Shown here piece by piece: positions 1 through 11,878 of a stretch of DNA of 64,000 bases; within the stretch, counting starts at the first letter, position 1, and every line of letters starts with the position of its first letter. Below the pieces are notes generated by a model. It saw nothing but the letters and a program-made list of their open reading frames with translations. It was not told the DNA's origin and made no database searches. A program made the position numbers and the translations under genes. Source of the DNA: an uncultured Desulfosarcina sp. (GTDB taxonomy: Bacteria; Desulfobacterota; Desulfobacteria; Desulfobacterales; Desulfosarcinaceae); contig CAXXWQ010000004.1 in the NCBI GenBank assembly GCA_963674945.2, positions 2,976,001-3,040,000 of the forward strand, written 5' to 3'.

Positions 1-1
1 G

Positions 2-2332
2 GGCAATGGTACCCAGGGGAACCAGTCGGCCGTTTGGACCCGTCACGTAAACCGAATCGAGCTGTTCGGCGGTCAGCCGGTCGGTTCGTTGGATCTGCGG
101 AATCACCTTGTAGCTTCGGCCGTCGATGCTGAATCGATTGACAAAATCACCGCCCACCAGAGAGGAGAGGTCCGATCCCACCTGCCCAAGATTCAATCCC
201 AGGTCCGCGGTTTTGTCCCGGTCAATGACGATTTTCGCTTCGGGCTGGTCGATTTTCACATCGATGATCGGCGGAAATGCGAACATGCCGCTTTCGATTG
301 CCTTTTGCTGCAACGTTTCGGCAAATCCGAGGATGATTTCCGGGTCTGCGGTCGCGGCCAGGATAAACTCCACCGGAAATTGGCCGCCGCCGGGAAGGGC
401 TGGCGGGGTAACGGCAAACATGCGAATGCCCGGTATCTGCATCAGGCCCTGCTGCACCTCCGGCATGATATCGAAAACCGTGCGATCCCGTTCTTCCCAT
501 GGGGAGAGCACCATTCCGCCGAATCCGGATGTCGGTGAGGTGATCTGGAAGGTGAATTCGGTTTCCGGAACGCCTAAGAAGACACGGTTGGCCGCCGCTG
601 CATCGCGGCTGGTCTGATCGAGGGTGGCATTGGCCGCCGCATCCACGATGCCGAAGATGACGCCCTGGTCCTCGGTTGGCGCCAGCTCCTTGGCAGACAG
701 GAGAAACATGGGGATGGTGGCCAGGCTCAAAAGCACCCACACCACATAAACCGCTGGCCGTGATCGAAGGCTCTTGTCCAGCAGTCGGCCGTAGAATCGT
801 TGCAGGCCGCCGAAGACGCGGTCAATGTGTCCGGCCAGGCCGTTTTCGGCCGTGCCCGATTCCAGAAGCTTGGACGACATCATGGGTGAGAGGGTCAACG
901 CCACCACCGTGGAAATGATCACCGCACCCGTCAGCGTGAAAGCGAACTCACGGAACAGGGATCCGGTCAATCCGCCTTGAATTCCGATTGGCGTGTAAAC
1001 GGCCGCCAACACGATGGTCGTCGCGATGACAGGCCCCACCAGCTCCCTGGCGCCGACCAGCGCCGCTTCTACCGGTGGTTTTCCCAATTGCAGATGGCGC
1101 TGCACATTCTCCACCATGACGATGGCGTCGTCCACCACCAGTCCCACGGCCAAGACGATGGCCAGCAGTGTCAAAAGGTTGATGCTGAAACCAAATACCT
1201 GCATTAAAAATAATCCACCGACAAGAGAGAGGGGAATGGCCAACATGGGAACCAGCGCCGACCGAATGGATCCCAGAAAGAGGAAGATGACGGCTGCCAC
1301 GATTACCAGGGTAATGACCAGGGTCTGGGTCACCTCCCCGATGGCATCGTCAATATACCGGGTCGCATCGTAGGCCACCCGGCCGGTCAGCCCGCTGGGA
1401 AGCGACTGGGTGATGGCGGCCATCTCCTTGCGGATCGCATTGATCACCTCCAGGGAATTGGCATTGGGCAGGGGCCATATCCCCATGAAGACCGCTGTCT
1501 GGCCGGAAAAACGAACCTCGGTGTCGTAGTCTTCCGAACCCAGCACCACATCGGCCACATCCGAAAGCCGTACCAGTGCGCCTCCCTGCTCTTTCACAAC
1601 CAGACGGTTGAACTCCTCCACCGAGGTCAGGTCGGTATCGGCGGAAAGGTTTACCTGAACAAGGGCCCCTTTGGTCTGCCCCACGGCGGCGATGAAATTG
1701 TTGGCCGCAAGGGCTCGTCGAACCTGCACCGGGCTGACATTGAATGCGGCCATGCGATCCGGTTTCAGCCAGATGCGCATGGCGAAGGTGCGTGCACCCA
1801 AAATGTCCGCCCGCTGCACGCCGGCCACGGCCGACAGGCGCGGTTGGACCACCCGTACAAGATAGTCGGTAATCTGGTTCTGTTGTAGGATTTCCGAGGT
1901 GAAACTGAGATACGCCGAGGCAAATTCACTGTCGGCGGATTCGATATTGATGGTGGGCACCTCGGCTTCCGGCGGCAGGTCACCGCGCACCTGGTCGACC
2001 TTTGCGCTGATCTCCGACATCGCCTTCACGGCGTCTGTGTTAAGCTCGAGCCGGGCGGTAATGGTGGAAACCCCCAGTCGGCTCGCAGATTCGATATAAT
2101 CGATTCCATCGGCACTGGCGATGGCACGCTCAAGAGGTGTGGTAATGAATCCGCTCACCAATTCGGCACTGGCACCCACATAGGCCGTGGTCACGGTTAC
2201 CGCCGCATTGTCGCTTCTGGGGTACTGGCGGACATTCAACGTCACCAACGCCTGAAGGCCGGCAATGATGATGAGCAGACTGAGCACCACGGAAAGCACC
2301 GGACGTCTGATGAAGATATCGGTTATGTTCAT
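2..2332 (-). CDS. RND efflux permease (AcrB/MexW-like), 3' end runs off the left edge
   Basis: Not in the ORF track because no stop falls in the window. Manual translation from ATG at 2332 gives MNITDIFIRRPVLSVVLSLLIIIAGLQALVTLNVRQYPRSD..., a classic HAE-RND N-terminus; later LAVGLVVDDAIVMVEN motif; directly downstream of an MFP gene. Confidence 0.95.
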   Translation of the reverse strand, partial: MNITDIFIRRPVLSVVLSLLIIIAGLQALVTLNVRQYPRSDNAAVTVTTAYVGASAELVSGFITTPLERAIASADGIDYIESASRLGVSTITARLELNTDAVKAMSEISAKVDQVRGDLPPEAEVPTINIESADSEFASAYLSFTSEILQQNQITDYLVRVVQPRLSAVAGVQRADILGARTFAMRIWLKPDRMAAFNVSPVQVRRALAANNFIAAVGQTKGALVQVNLSADTDLTSVEEFNRLVVKEQGGALVRLSDVADVVLGSEDYDTEVRFSGQTAVFMGIWPLPNANSLEVINAIRKEMAAITQSLPSGLTGRVAYDATRYIDDAIGEVTQTLVITLVIVAAVIFLFLGSIRSALVPMLAIPLSLVGGLFLMQVFGFSINLLTLLAIVLAVGLVVDDAIVMVENVQRHLQLGKPPVEAALVGARELVGPVIATTIVLAAVYTPIGIQGGLTGSLFREFAFTLTGAVIISTVVALTLSPMMSSKLLESGTAENGLAGHIDRVFGGLQRFYGRLLDKSLRSRPAVYVVWVLLSLATIPMFLLSAKELAPTEDQGVIFGIVDAAANATLDQTSRDAAAANRVFLGVPETEFTFQITSPTSGFGGMVLSPWEERDRTVFDIMPEVQQGLMQIPGIRMFAVTPPALPGGGQFPVEFILAATADPEIILGFAETLQQKAIESGMFAFPPIIDVKIDQPEAKIVIDRDKTADLGLNLGQVGSDLSSLVGGDFVNRFSIDGRSYKVIPQIQRTDRLTAEQLDSVYVTGPNGRLVPLGTIA

Positions 2333-2344
2333 GGTTCACCCACC

Positions 2345-3478
2345 TTACGCGTTTTCGGGACGGGGGTTGAGATCGAATTCGGGAGAGAGGGAGTTGTCGA
2401 CCACAACCGACATGCCGTTGCGCAGTTTGAACACCCCCGTGCTCACCACCTGCTCTCCGGCCTGAAGGCCGCCGACAACGGCTACGAAATCGCCACGCTT
2501 TTCCCCAAGCTGAACGAACTGCTGACGAAGCACCTGGCGCGGCTGACCCATGTCGTCTGTCCGGGCTTCGACCACAAACACCGAATCGCTGTAAGGTGCG
2601 TACAGCACCGCCGTCGCGGGTACGGTCAACACCGGCTGTTTGTCCGGCAAGATGATACGAACCCTGGCGAACATGCCCGGACGAAGGTGCTCATCCTCAT
2701 TTTCCATGGTGGCCTGAATGGTGACGTTTCGCGTGTCCGGATCCACACCAGGACCGATTGCCGTGATGCTGCCCGCCACCGTCATTTCACCATCTTCCGT
2801 CGGTTGTGCATGAACTCGAAGTCCGGTCTCGAGTTTGGTCAATTTTTGCTGGGGAAGCTGAAAGGTAACGTATATGGGATTTAGGGATAATAGGGAGACC
2901 ACTTCTTGCCCCGGCTTTAGGACTTCGCCCAGATCGACCTTGCGAATGCCCAGCCGGCCCGCGAAAGGCGCCCGAATGGTTTTTTTGGCGATGACGGCCC
3001 GAATGGTCTCAACTTCGGCGACTGCCTGTTCGTATTGGGCCTGGGCATCGTCCAGGACCGATTGGGTGGCGACCTTCTCCGCGTTGAGCAGCTTCGCCCG
3101 ATCCAATTCCTTTCGTGCCAGTTTCGCACGACTCTCGGCCGCCCGCAGACGGGCCTGTTCCTCCAAGACATCCTGCTGAACCAAAAGCTGGCCTTCCTCG
3201 ATCCGCGCACCCGATGAGAACGCGATCCGGGTCACCTTTCCGGACAATTCCGCCGTTATCGCGACACCCTGTACGGCTTCCAATGTGCCCACTGCCGTGA
3301 GAGTGTTTTCCCACACTGACCGCTGCACCGTCGCCGCAGTTACGGTCTGTGGCGGCGGCACGAAGGCTTCGCTCTGGGCCACCATGCGGCCGATCTGCAG
3401 GCCCTTGATCGTTCCCAGGCCAACCAGCACCGCAACCACGCCAAATACGGCAATCAGGATTTTCATGTACATTTTCAT
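2345..3478 (-). CDS. RND efflux periplasmic adaptor (membrane fusion protein)
   Basis: N-terminal TM, IRAPFAGRLG motif, LRPGMFARV, GLQAGEQVV; adjacent to the RND permease. Confidence 0.95.
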   Translation of the reverse strand: MKMYMKILIAVFGVVAVLVGLGTIKGLQIGRMVAQSEAFVPPPQTVTAATVQRSVWENTLTAVGTLEAVQGVAITAELSGKVTRIAFSSGARIEEGQLLVQQDVLEEQARLRAAESRAKLARKELDRAKLLNAEKVATQSVLDDAQAQYEQAVAEVETIRAVIAKKTIRAPFAGRLGIRKVDLGEVLKPGQEVVSLLSLNPIYVTFQLPQQKLTKLETGLRVHAQPTEDGEMTVAGSITAIGPGVDPDTRNVTIQATMENEDEHLRPGMFARVRIILPDKQPVLTVPATAVLYAPYSDSVFVVEARTDDMGQPRQVLRQQFVQLGEKRGDFVAVVGGLQAGEQVVSTGVFKLRNGMSVVVDNSLSPEFDLNPRPENA

Positions 3479-3681
3479 ATCTGCTCACCCCCACGCGATG
3501 TTGTTGGATCTTATTGTGGAAGATCTTACAGTGGCACTCATTGGAGTATCCACTTTCTGAAGATTAGTATCTCAGAAAAATGACGACGGGCACGGCGATG
3601 TCAATGAGGGGGTCTTGGGGGTAGAGTGATAGTATCGGTGATAGTCCATGTCGGAATGGCTGGATGTTCAATGTTCGTCGT

Positions 3682-4686
3682 TTAGGGTACGATCTCCTCT
3701 TTCAGCATACAGCAGGCAATCTTGTAAGCAGGTTTTCCGTTACTGCCGGAAGGCAGGTTGGCGGGCTGAATGATGCGGTTCATGACGCATCCTTCGGGTA
3801 TGGTAAGGGGAAACAGATCCGCTTCGTTCACCTTGGGACGATGAACCAGGCGGTCGCTTATAATTTCAAGGCTGTGCAAGGGATAGTCTTCGCATAAGGG
3901 GCAGCGGTACACCCGGCCATTGGGAAAAATAAAATAGTTGTCCGCAACCAGTCCCGCACACTCGAAGACCTCGTCGGATGAAAGGAACACCTTCGGGAAC
4001 GTGACATGAATTTTTCTGAGGGCCGCCTCTTCCGCCACCCGGGGGATGACTTCCAGCCAGAGGTCCCGATCCACCTGGGCAAGGGCGTCTTTCGTCTTTG
4101 TATCTTCGACCCATTTTCCCCGGATGCCGATCACCTGAATGAAAAAACGATCCACCCCCAATTGAGCAAGAAGTGCTGGCATGTAATGCAGATGCCCGAT
4201 GTTCGCCATACTGACCGTATAGATCAAGCTGACGGCAAATCCTCGCCGCTTTGCCTCGGTTATGCCGCGGGCACATTGTTCGAAGCTTCCCTCTCCCCGG
4301 AGCGGATCGTTGATGTCGGTGCTGGGACCGTCCATGCTGAAACTGAAAAAATCCACTTCTTCCGGCGTTACCCGATCCAGTATATCATGAAACAGGTATC
4401 CATTGGTGTCGATCGTTACCGAGGCATATCCCAATTGCCGAGACCGTTTTACGGCAGCGGAGAGATCCGGGTGCAGGGTGGGTTCGCCACCTAAAAAAAT
4501 AACGTTGGGCGATCGATGGCGATGAACGAACAATTGAAGCCAGCGATCAATGGTTTCCATGGAAAGGGTCCGGCGGCCGTGTTGCTCTGGATTGATGTAG
4601 CAATGCCGGCAGTGAAGGTTGCATTGGGTCAGCAGGTGAAAGAAGATGTTTGCCGCACGACGGGTGAAGGAGACGGTTCTTCGCAT
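3682..4686 (-). CDS. Radical SAM protein with Cys-rich C-terminus
   Basis: CNLHCRHC (CxxxCxxC), GGEPTLHP, TNG motifs; extra C-terminal cysteines. Confidence 0.9.
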   Translation of the reverse strand: MRRTVSFTRRAANIFFHLLTQCNLHCRHCYINPEQHGRRTLSMETIDRWLQLFVHRHRSPNVIFLGGEPTLHPDLSAAVKRSRQLGYASVTIDTNGYLFHDILDRVTPEEVDFFSFSMDGPSTDINDPLRGEGSFEQCARGITEAKRRGFAVSLIYTVSMANIGHLHYMPALLAQLGVDRFFIQVIGIRGKWVEDTKTKDALAQVDRDLWLEVIPRVAEEAALRKIHVTFPKVFLSSDEVFECAGLVADNYFIFPNGRVYRCPLCEDYPLHSLEIISDRLVHRPKVNEADLFPLTIPEGCVMNRIIQPANLPSGSNGKPAYKIACCMLKEEIVP

Positions 4687-4725
4687 AGGGATTTTATTCG
4701 TATTGCCGTAAGCGTTCGATTTCCA

Positions 4726-4851
4726 GACGGCTTTGGTTGGCGTTCGCGATCAAGGCTTGCGAGCCCCGAGGAATGAGGCGAACACGCGAGTATGCTGCAG
4801 TGACGAGGGATGAAGCGCAGGCGCAGATATCGAGATTTAACCAAAGCTGTC
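4726..4851. repeat. Hairpin repeat family, copy with divergent terminal arms
   Basis: Terminal inverted repeat GACGGCTTTGGTT...AACCAAAGCTGTC around the core GATCAAGGCTTGCG...GAGGAATGAGGCG...GCAGTGACGA.GGATGAAGCG...GATATCG shared with the copies at 11489 and 35303. Confidence 0.85.
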
Positions 4852-4853
4852 GT

Positions 4854-5369
4854 TTAATCCGGGAGGTTCCCTCCGAGCCGCCTCACCTCTTTTCTCGCCT
4901 GGATCAATTCCTCGTTGGTGAGACGGAGGCGCTGGGTCATGTACTCTGCGAAAATTCGGTAGAGCAAAAGAAGGAAGTCGAGGCGTTCGTCCTTTTGATC
5001 AGAGGAGGAGAGCCGATTTCCTGCCGACGTGTCCACGGCCAGACAAACGGTCTTGCCGACGGCATACACCGTTGCGCTTCGGATCTGATCGTCGATGATG
5101 CGCATCTCGCCGAAGATTTCACCTTTTTTATCGATTGTGCTTATATCTTCCCCGGCTTTTGCGATCCGAATCTTACCGTTGAGTAGAAAGTAGAGCCAGG
5201 GATCGATGTCCCCTTCGGTGATGATGGCTTCACCGTCTTCGTATTGGCGAATCTTGCTGAGGCGAAGCAGTTTCCCCAGGTTTCGGGTTTCGAAATGCTT
5301 CAGCGTCGAAAGAGACATAAGCCTCTGAATATTTTCGATATTTTCCTTTAGGTATTTGGATTCGATCAT
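4854..5369 (-). CDS. Stand-alone cyclic nucleotide-binding (Crp N-terminal-like) domain protein
   Basis: IITEGD...LYFLLNGKIRI...GEIFGEM...RSATVYA; no C-terminal HTH visible. Confidence 0.9.
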   Translation of the reverse strand: MIESKYLKENIENIQRLMSLSTLKHFETRNLGKLLRLSKIRQYEDGEAIITEGDIDPWLYFLLNGKIRIAKAGEDISTIDKKGEIFGEMRIIDDQIRSATVYAVGKTVCLAVDTSAGNRLSSSDQKDERLDFLLLLYRIFAEYMTQRLRLTNEELIQARKEVRRLGGNLPD

Positions 5370-5492
5370 GGGGTCTCCCGATGCGAAAAGATTCTATTCA
5401 GTAGCGCTGCGATTCGGCTGCACCCTGCTGAAGGCTATCGAAAATCCACCTGGTCGCATCTTACTGATATGTGCCGGTAAAGGCAAGCCTCC

Positions 5493-6932
5493 TTATCCCA
5501 TCTCCATGCAATTTTTGGTAAGATTCTCATCAAAAGAGACAGGGTAGCATCCATCGAAGCAGGCCTTGCAGAACTGGTTTTCCGGATTCTCCATGCCCGT
5601 GGATGCGAGCAATCCGTCGAGACTCAGGTATTGCAAAGAATCGAGTCCCAGATATTTGCCAAGCTCCTTTACGTTCATCTTCGCTGCGATCAATTCCCCC
5701 TTCGTGGAGAAATCGATGCCATAGTGACAGGGAAACCGGTGGGGCGGCCCGCTGACCCGCAGATGTACTCGCTTGACGCCCAATTCCCGAAGCGCCTTGA
5801 CCCTGGTCTTGGCCGTTGTGCCCCGAATGATGGAATCTTCGATAATGATGATGTCCTTGCCTTTCAGCACCTCCTTGATGGGATTGAGCTTCACGCGAAC
5901 GCCGAAGTCCCGCATGCTCTGGGTGGGCTGGATGAAGGTTCGACCCACATAGTGGTTTCGGATCATTCCCGTTTCAAAGGGAATTTGAGATTCTTCCGAA
6001 TAGCCCAGTGCCGCGTATACGCCCGAATCGGGAAAGGGCATGACAAGGTCTGCATCCACCCCAGACTCCCTTGCCAGCTGTCGGCCATGGGCCTTGCGGG
6101 TAAGGTAGACGTTGTGTCCGAAGAAGGTGGAGTCGGGCCGGGCGAAATAGATGAACTCGAAAATGCAAAAGGCACGTCGATTGGGGGTGCTGGTGTGGAT
6201 GCTCTTCACACCGTCCCGGCTGATGATAACGATCTCGCCGGGATCCAGTTCACGAACGAATTCTGCCTGTACCAGGTCCAGGGCGCAGGTCTCCGAGGCC
6301 AATACCCAAGAGCCGTTGAGTTTGCCAAGGCAAAGGGGACGAAATCCGTTGGGATCCTTGATTCCGATCAACTCGCCCCGGCTGGTCAGCATAATCAGGG
6401 AGAAGGCGCCCTTGAGCCGGGCAACGGTGGCTTTCAGGGCCTCTTCAAACCCGAGGCTGATGTTGCGGACGAAAAGGTGCAGGAACACCTCCGAGTCCAT
6501 TGTGGTCTGGAAAATTGAACCGGCGTCTTCCAGATCGGCCTTGATGGTGTGGGCGTTCACCAGATTCCCATTGTGCGCCACAGCATAGGCACGATTTCGA
6601 TGCCGAATCACCAGGGGCTGGACGTTGGCGACCACCGAGCTTCCGGTTGTGGAATAGCGAACGTGTCCGACGGCGCTGGGGCCGTTGAGACCGTCCAGCG
6701 TATCCATGTCGAAGACGTCGGGAACGAGTCCCATTCCCTTGTACTCGTCGATTCTCCCATTATCGGCCACGGCGATACCGGCACTCTCCTGGCCCCGATG
6801 CTGAAGGGCGTAGATGCCGAAGTAACAGAGTGTTGCCGCATCCGGATGGTCGAAGACGCCGAACAGGCCGCAGGCTTCACGGGGCTTGTCTTCTTCGATG
6901 AATTCGGGTGCTTCGGGTTCCATTAATTTCAT
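5493..6932 (-). CDS. purF: Amidophosphoribosyltransferase
   Basis: Propeptide then EACGLFG, LQHRGQESAG, GHVRYST, CIFEFIYFARPDS, EDSIIRGTT, YGIDF, FCKACF. Confidence 0.98.
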   Translation of the reverse strand: MKLMEPEAPEFIEEDKPREACGLFGVFDHPDAATLCYFGIYALQHRGQESAGIAVADNGRIDEYKGMGLVPDVFDMDTLDGLNGPSAVGHVRYSTTGSSVVANVQPLVIRHRNRAYAVAHNGNLVNAHTIKADLEDAGSIFQTTMDSEVFLHLFVRNISLGFEEALKATVARLKGAFSLIMLTSRGELIGIKDPNGFRPLCLGKLNGSWVLASETCALDLVQAEFVRELDPGEIVIISRDGVKSIHTSTPNRRAFCIFEFIYFARPDSTFFGHNVYLTRKAHGRQLARESGVDADLVMPFPDSGVYAALGYSEESQIPFETGMIRNHYVGRTFIQPTQSMRDFGVRVKLNPIKEVLKGKDIIIIEDSIIRGTTAKTRVKALRELGVKRVHLRVSGPPHRFPCHYGIDFSTKGELIAAKMNVKELGKYLGLDSLQYLSLDGLLASTGMENPENQFCKACFDGCYPVSFDENLTKNCMEMG

Positions 6933-6998
6933 TGTCAGCTTCTCTTGGAAATCGTTGAGAATTGCATAAGGGCTGTCCCCATCGAACGTGCAAAAATC

Positions 6999-10248
<3,250 letters not shown>

Positions 10249-10253
<5 letters not shown>

Positions 10254-10303
10254 GTATGTCGCTATTCCGAGGATAAAATTTTGCGCATAACATAAAGATA
10301 TCG
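10249..10303. repeat. Half copy of hairpin repeat (second subtype) abutting the carB start codon
   Basis: TATTCCGAGGATAAAAT-TTTGCGCATAAC...GATATCG matches the right half of the element at 11751-11875. Confidence 0.7.
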
Positions 10304-10330
10304 AGGCCTTAATGAATCCGCCTCCCAGAT

Positions 10331-11467
10331 TCAGGCGGTTTTCATCATGGCCCTGAACTGGTCGAACAAATAAGCAGCGTCATGGGGTCCCGGTGATGCC
10401 TCCGGGTGGTATTGAACGGAAAATGCCGGCAATCGGCGATGGCGAATACCCTCCACGGTGTCATCGTTCAGGTTGATGTGGGTTACCTGCACATCGCCGG
10501 CATCCAGGCTCTTCATGTCCACTGCAAAACCGTGGTTTTGGGAGGTGATCTCCACGCGGCCGGTGGCCAGATTCTTCACCGGCTGATTGGCGCCCCGATG
10601 GCCGAACTTGAGCTTGTAGGTCTTGCCACCCAATGCCAGTCCCAGAATCTGGTTTCCCAGGCAGATGCCGAAAATCGGCAATCGTCCCAAAAGCTCCCTG
10701 ACCGTTTCGACCCCATAGGTTACCGGCTCCGGATCACCTGGCCCGTTGGAGAGAAACAGGCCGTCGGGGGCCATGGCCAGGATGGTCGAAGGATCCGTCT
10801 TGGCCGGCAGTATCATCACCTCGAAGCCGACCCGATCCAGGCAGCGGGCGATGTTGTATTTGAGGCCGAAATCCATTGCCACCACCGACGGGCGACTGTC
10901 ACTGCATCGCCAGATACCGGAATCCAGTTTATCATCCCCGTTCAGCGGTTCAGGCCTGCCGTCGATCCACCGGTAGGGATTGGCCGTCGTCACATGCCGG
11001 GCCAGATCCAGCCCCACCATGCTGGGCAGGGCCTTGGCGCGGCGGGTCAACGATTCGGCGTCCAGATCGCTGGTGGAGATGATGGCGCGCATGGCCCCCC
11101 GGTTTCGGATGTGGCGGGTCAGTGCCCGGGTATCCAGTTCTTCCACACCCATGATCCCCTGGCTGGAAAGGTACTCGGCAAGGGAACCGGCTGCCCGGTA
11201 GTTGCTGTAAAAGTGCTGGTACTCCTTAACAAGGAAGGCGGCCACCTGGATGCGATCCGATTCCACGTCTTCCAGGTTGACACCGTAGTTTCCAATCAGC
11301 GGATAGGTCATGGCAACCATCTGTCCGCTGTAGGAGGGGTCGGTAAGGACCTCCTGGTAGCCGGACATGCTGGTGTTGAACACCACCTCGCCGCTGGCTT
11401 CACCCGCACCGGTGAAAGAGCGACAGGAAAAGGTGCGCCCGTCCTCGAGTGTTAGCAGTGCTTCCAT
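10331..11467 (-). CDS. carA: Carbamoyl-phosphate synthase small subunit
   Basis: [48 protein letters not shown]. Confidence 0.99.
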   Translation of the reverse strand: MEALLTLEDGRTFSCRSFTGAGEASGEVVFNTSMSGYQEVLTDPSYSGQMVAMTYPLIGNYGVNLEDVESDRIQVAAFLVKEYQHFYSNYRAAGSLAEYLSSQGIMGVEELDTRALTRHIRNRGAMRAIISTSDLDAESLTRRAKALPSMVGLDLARHVTTANPYRWIDGRPEPLNGDDKLDSGIWRCSDSRPSVVAMDFGLKYNIARCLDRVGFEVMILPAKTDPSTILAMAPDGLFLSNGPGDPEPVTYGVETVRELLGRLPIFGICLGNQILGLALGGKTYKLKFGHRGANQPVKNLATGRVEITSQNHGFAVDMKSLDAGDVQVTHINLNDDTVEGIRHRRLPAFSVQYHPEASPGPHDAAYLFDQFRAMMKTA

Positions 11468-11488
11468 CGTATCCGTAATTTATATGCG

Positions 11489-11651
11489 AATTTTGATGAA
11501 CTCGTAAAAAGTCGCTGTCCGGAGGGATTCGTAAAAAGCCCGAGATCAAGGCTTGCGAATCCGTAAGGAATGAGGCGTACTGATCCTACTCCGCAGTGAC
11601 GAAGGATGAAGCGTAACGACGATATCGGACTTTTTACGAATCCCTCAATTT
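11489..11651. repeat. Hairpin repeat family (REP/MITE-like), full copy
   Basis: 26-bp imperfect inverted repeat GAGGGATTCGTAAAAAGCCCGAGATC / GATATCGGACTTTTTACGAATCCCTC plus an extra TCGTAAAAAG arm; near-identical inverted copy at 35303-35461. Confidence 0.92.
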
Positions 11652-11697
11652 TAATTTTCAGGTCAATTACCACATCTGACCGGCAAATCAACCCTTT

Positions 11698-11726
11698 AAA
11701 AAAGGCAGGCGAGGCCTGCCTTTTTT
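11698..11726. terminator. Intrinsic (bidirectional-type) terminator downstream of the glutamate synthase operon
   Basis: AAAAAAGGCAGGC-GAG-GCCTGCCTTTTTT. Confidence 0.85.
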
Positions 11727-11750
11727 ACGGGTTCTTTCTTATTGGTTTCG

Positions 11751-11875
11751 TGGAAATGAGGGCTTTTGGTCGAGATCGAGGCTTGCGCAACGATTTTACC
11801 AGAGGCATATAAGTAATATTCCGAGGATAAAATCTTTGCGCCTAACGAAGATATCGGGCAAAATAACCATTTCCA
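11751..11875. repeat. Hairpin repeat family, second subtype
   Basis: Imperfect terminal IR TGGAAATG...CATTTCCA; same CGAGATC.AGGCTTGCG...TAACG..GATATCGG scaffold, different inner stem GCGCAACGATTTTA/TAAAATCTTTGCGC. Confidence 0.75.
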
Positions 11876-11878
11876 CCG

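Noticed and set aside
11452..11812. Short ORFs over the repeat elements (also 34900-35346, 4629-4844)
   Set aside because: They are translations of the non-coding repeat; their mutual similarity reflects the repeat.
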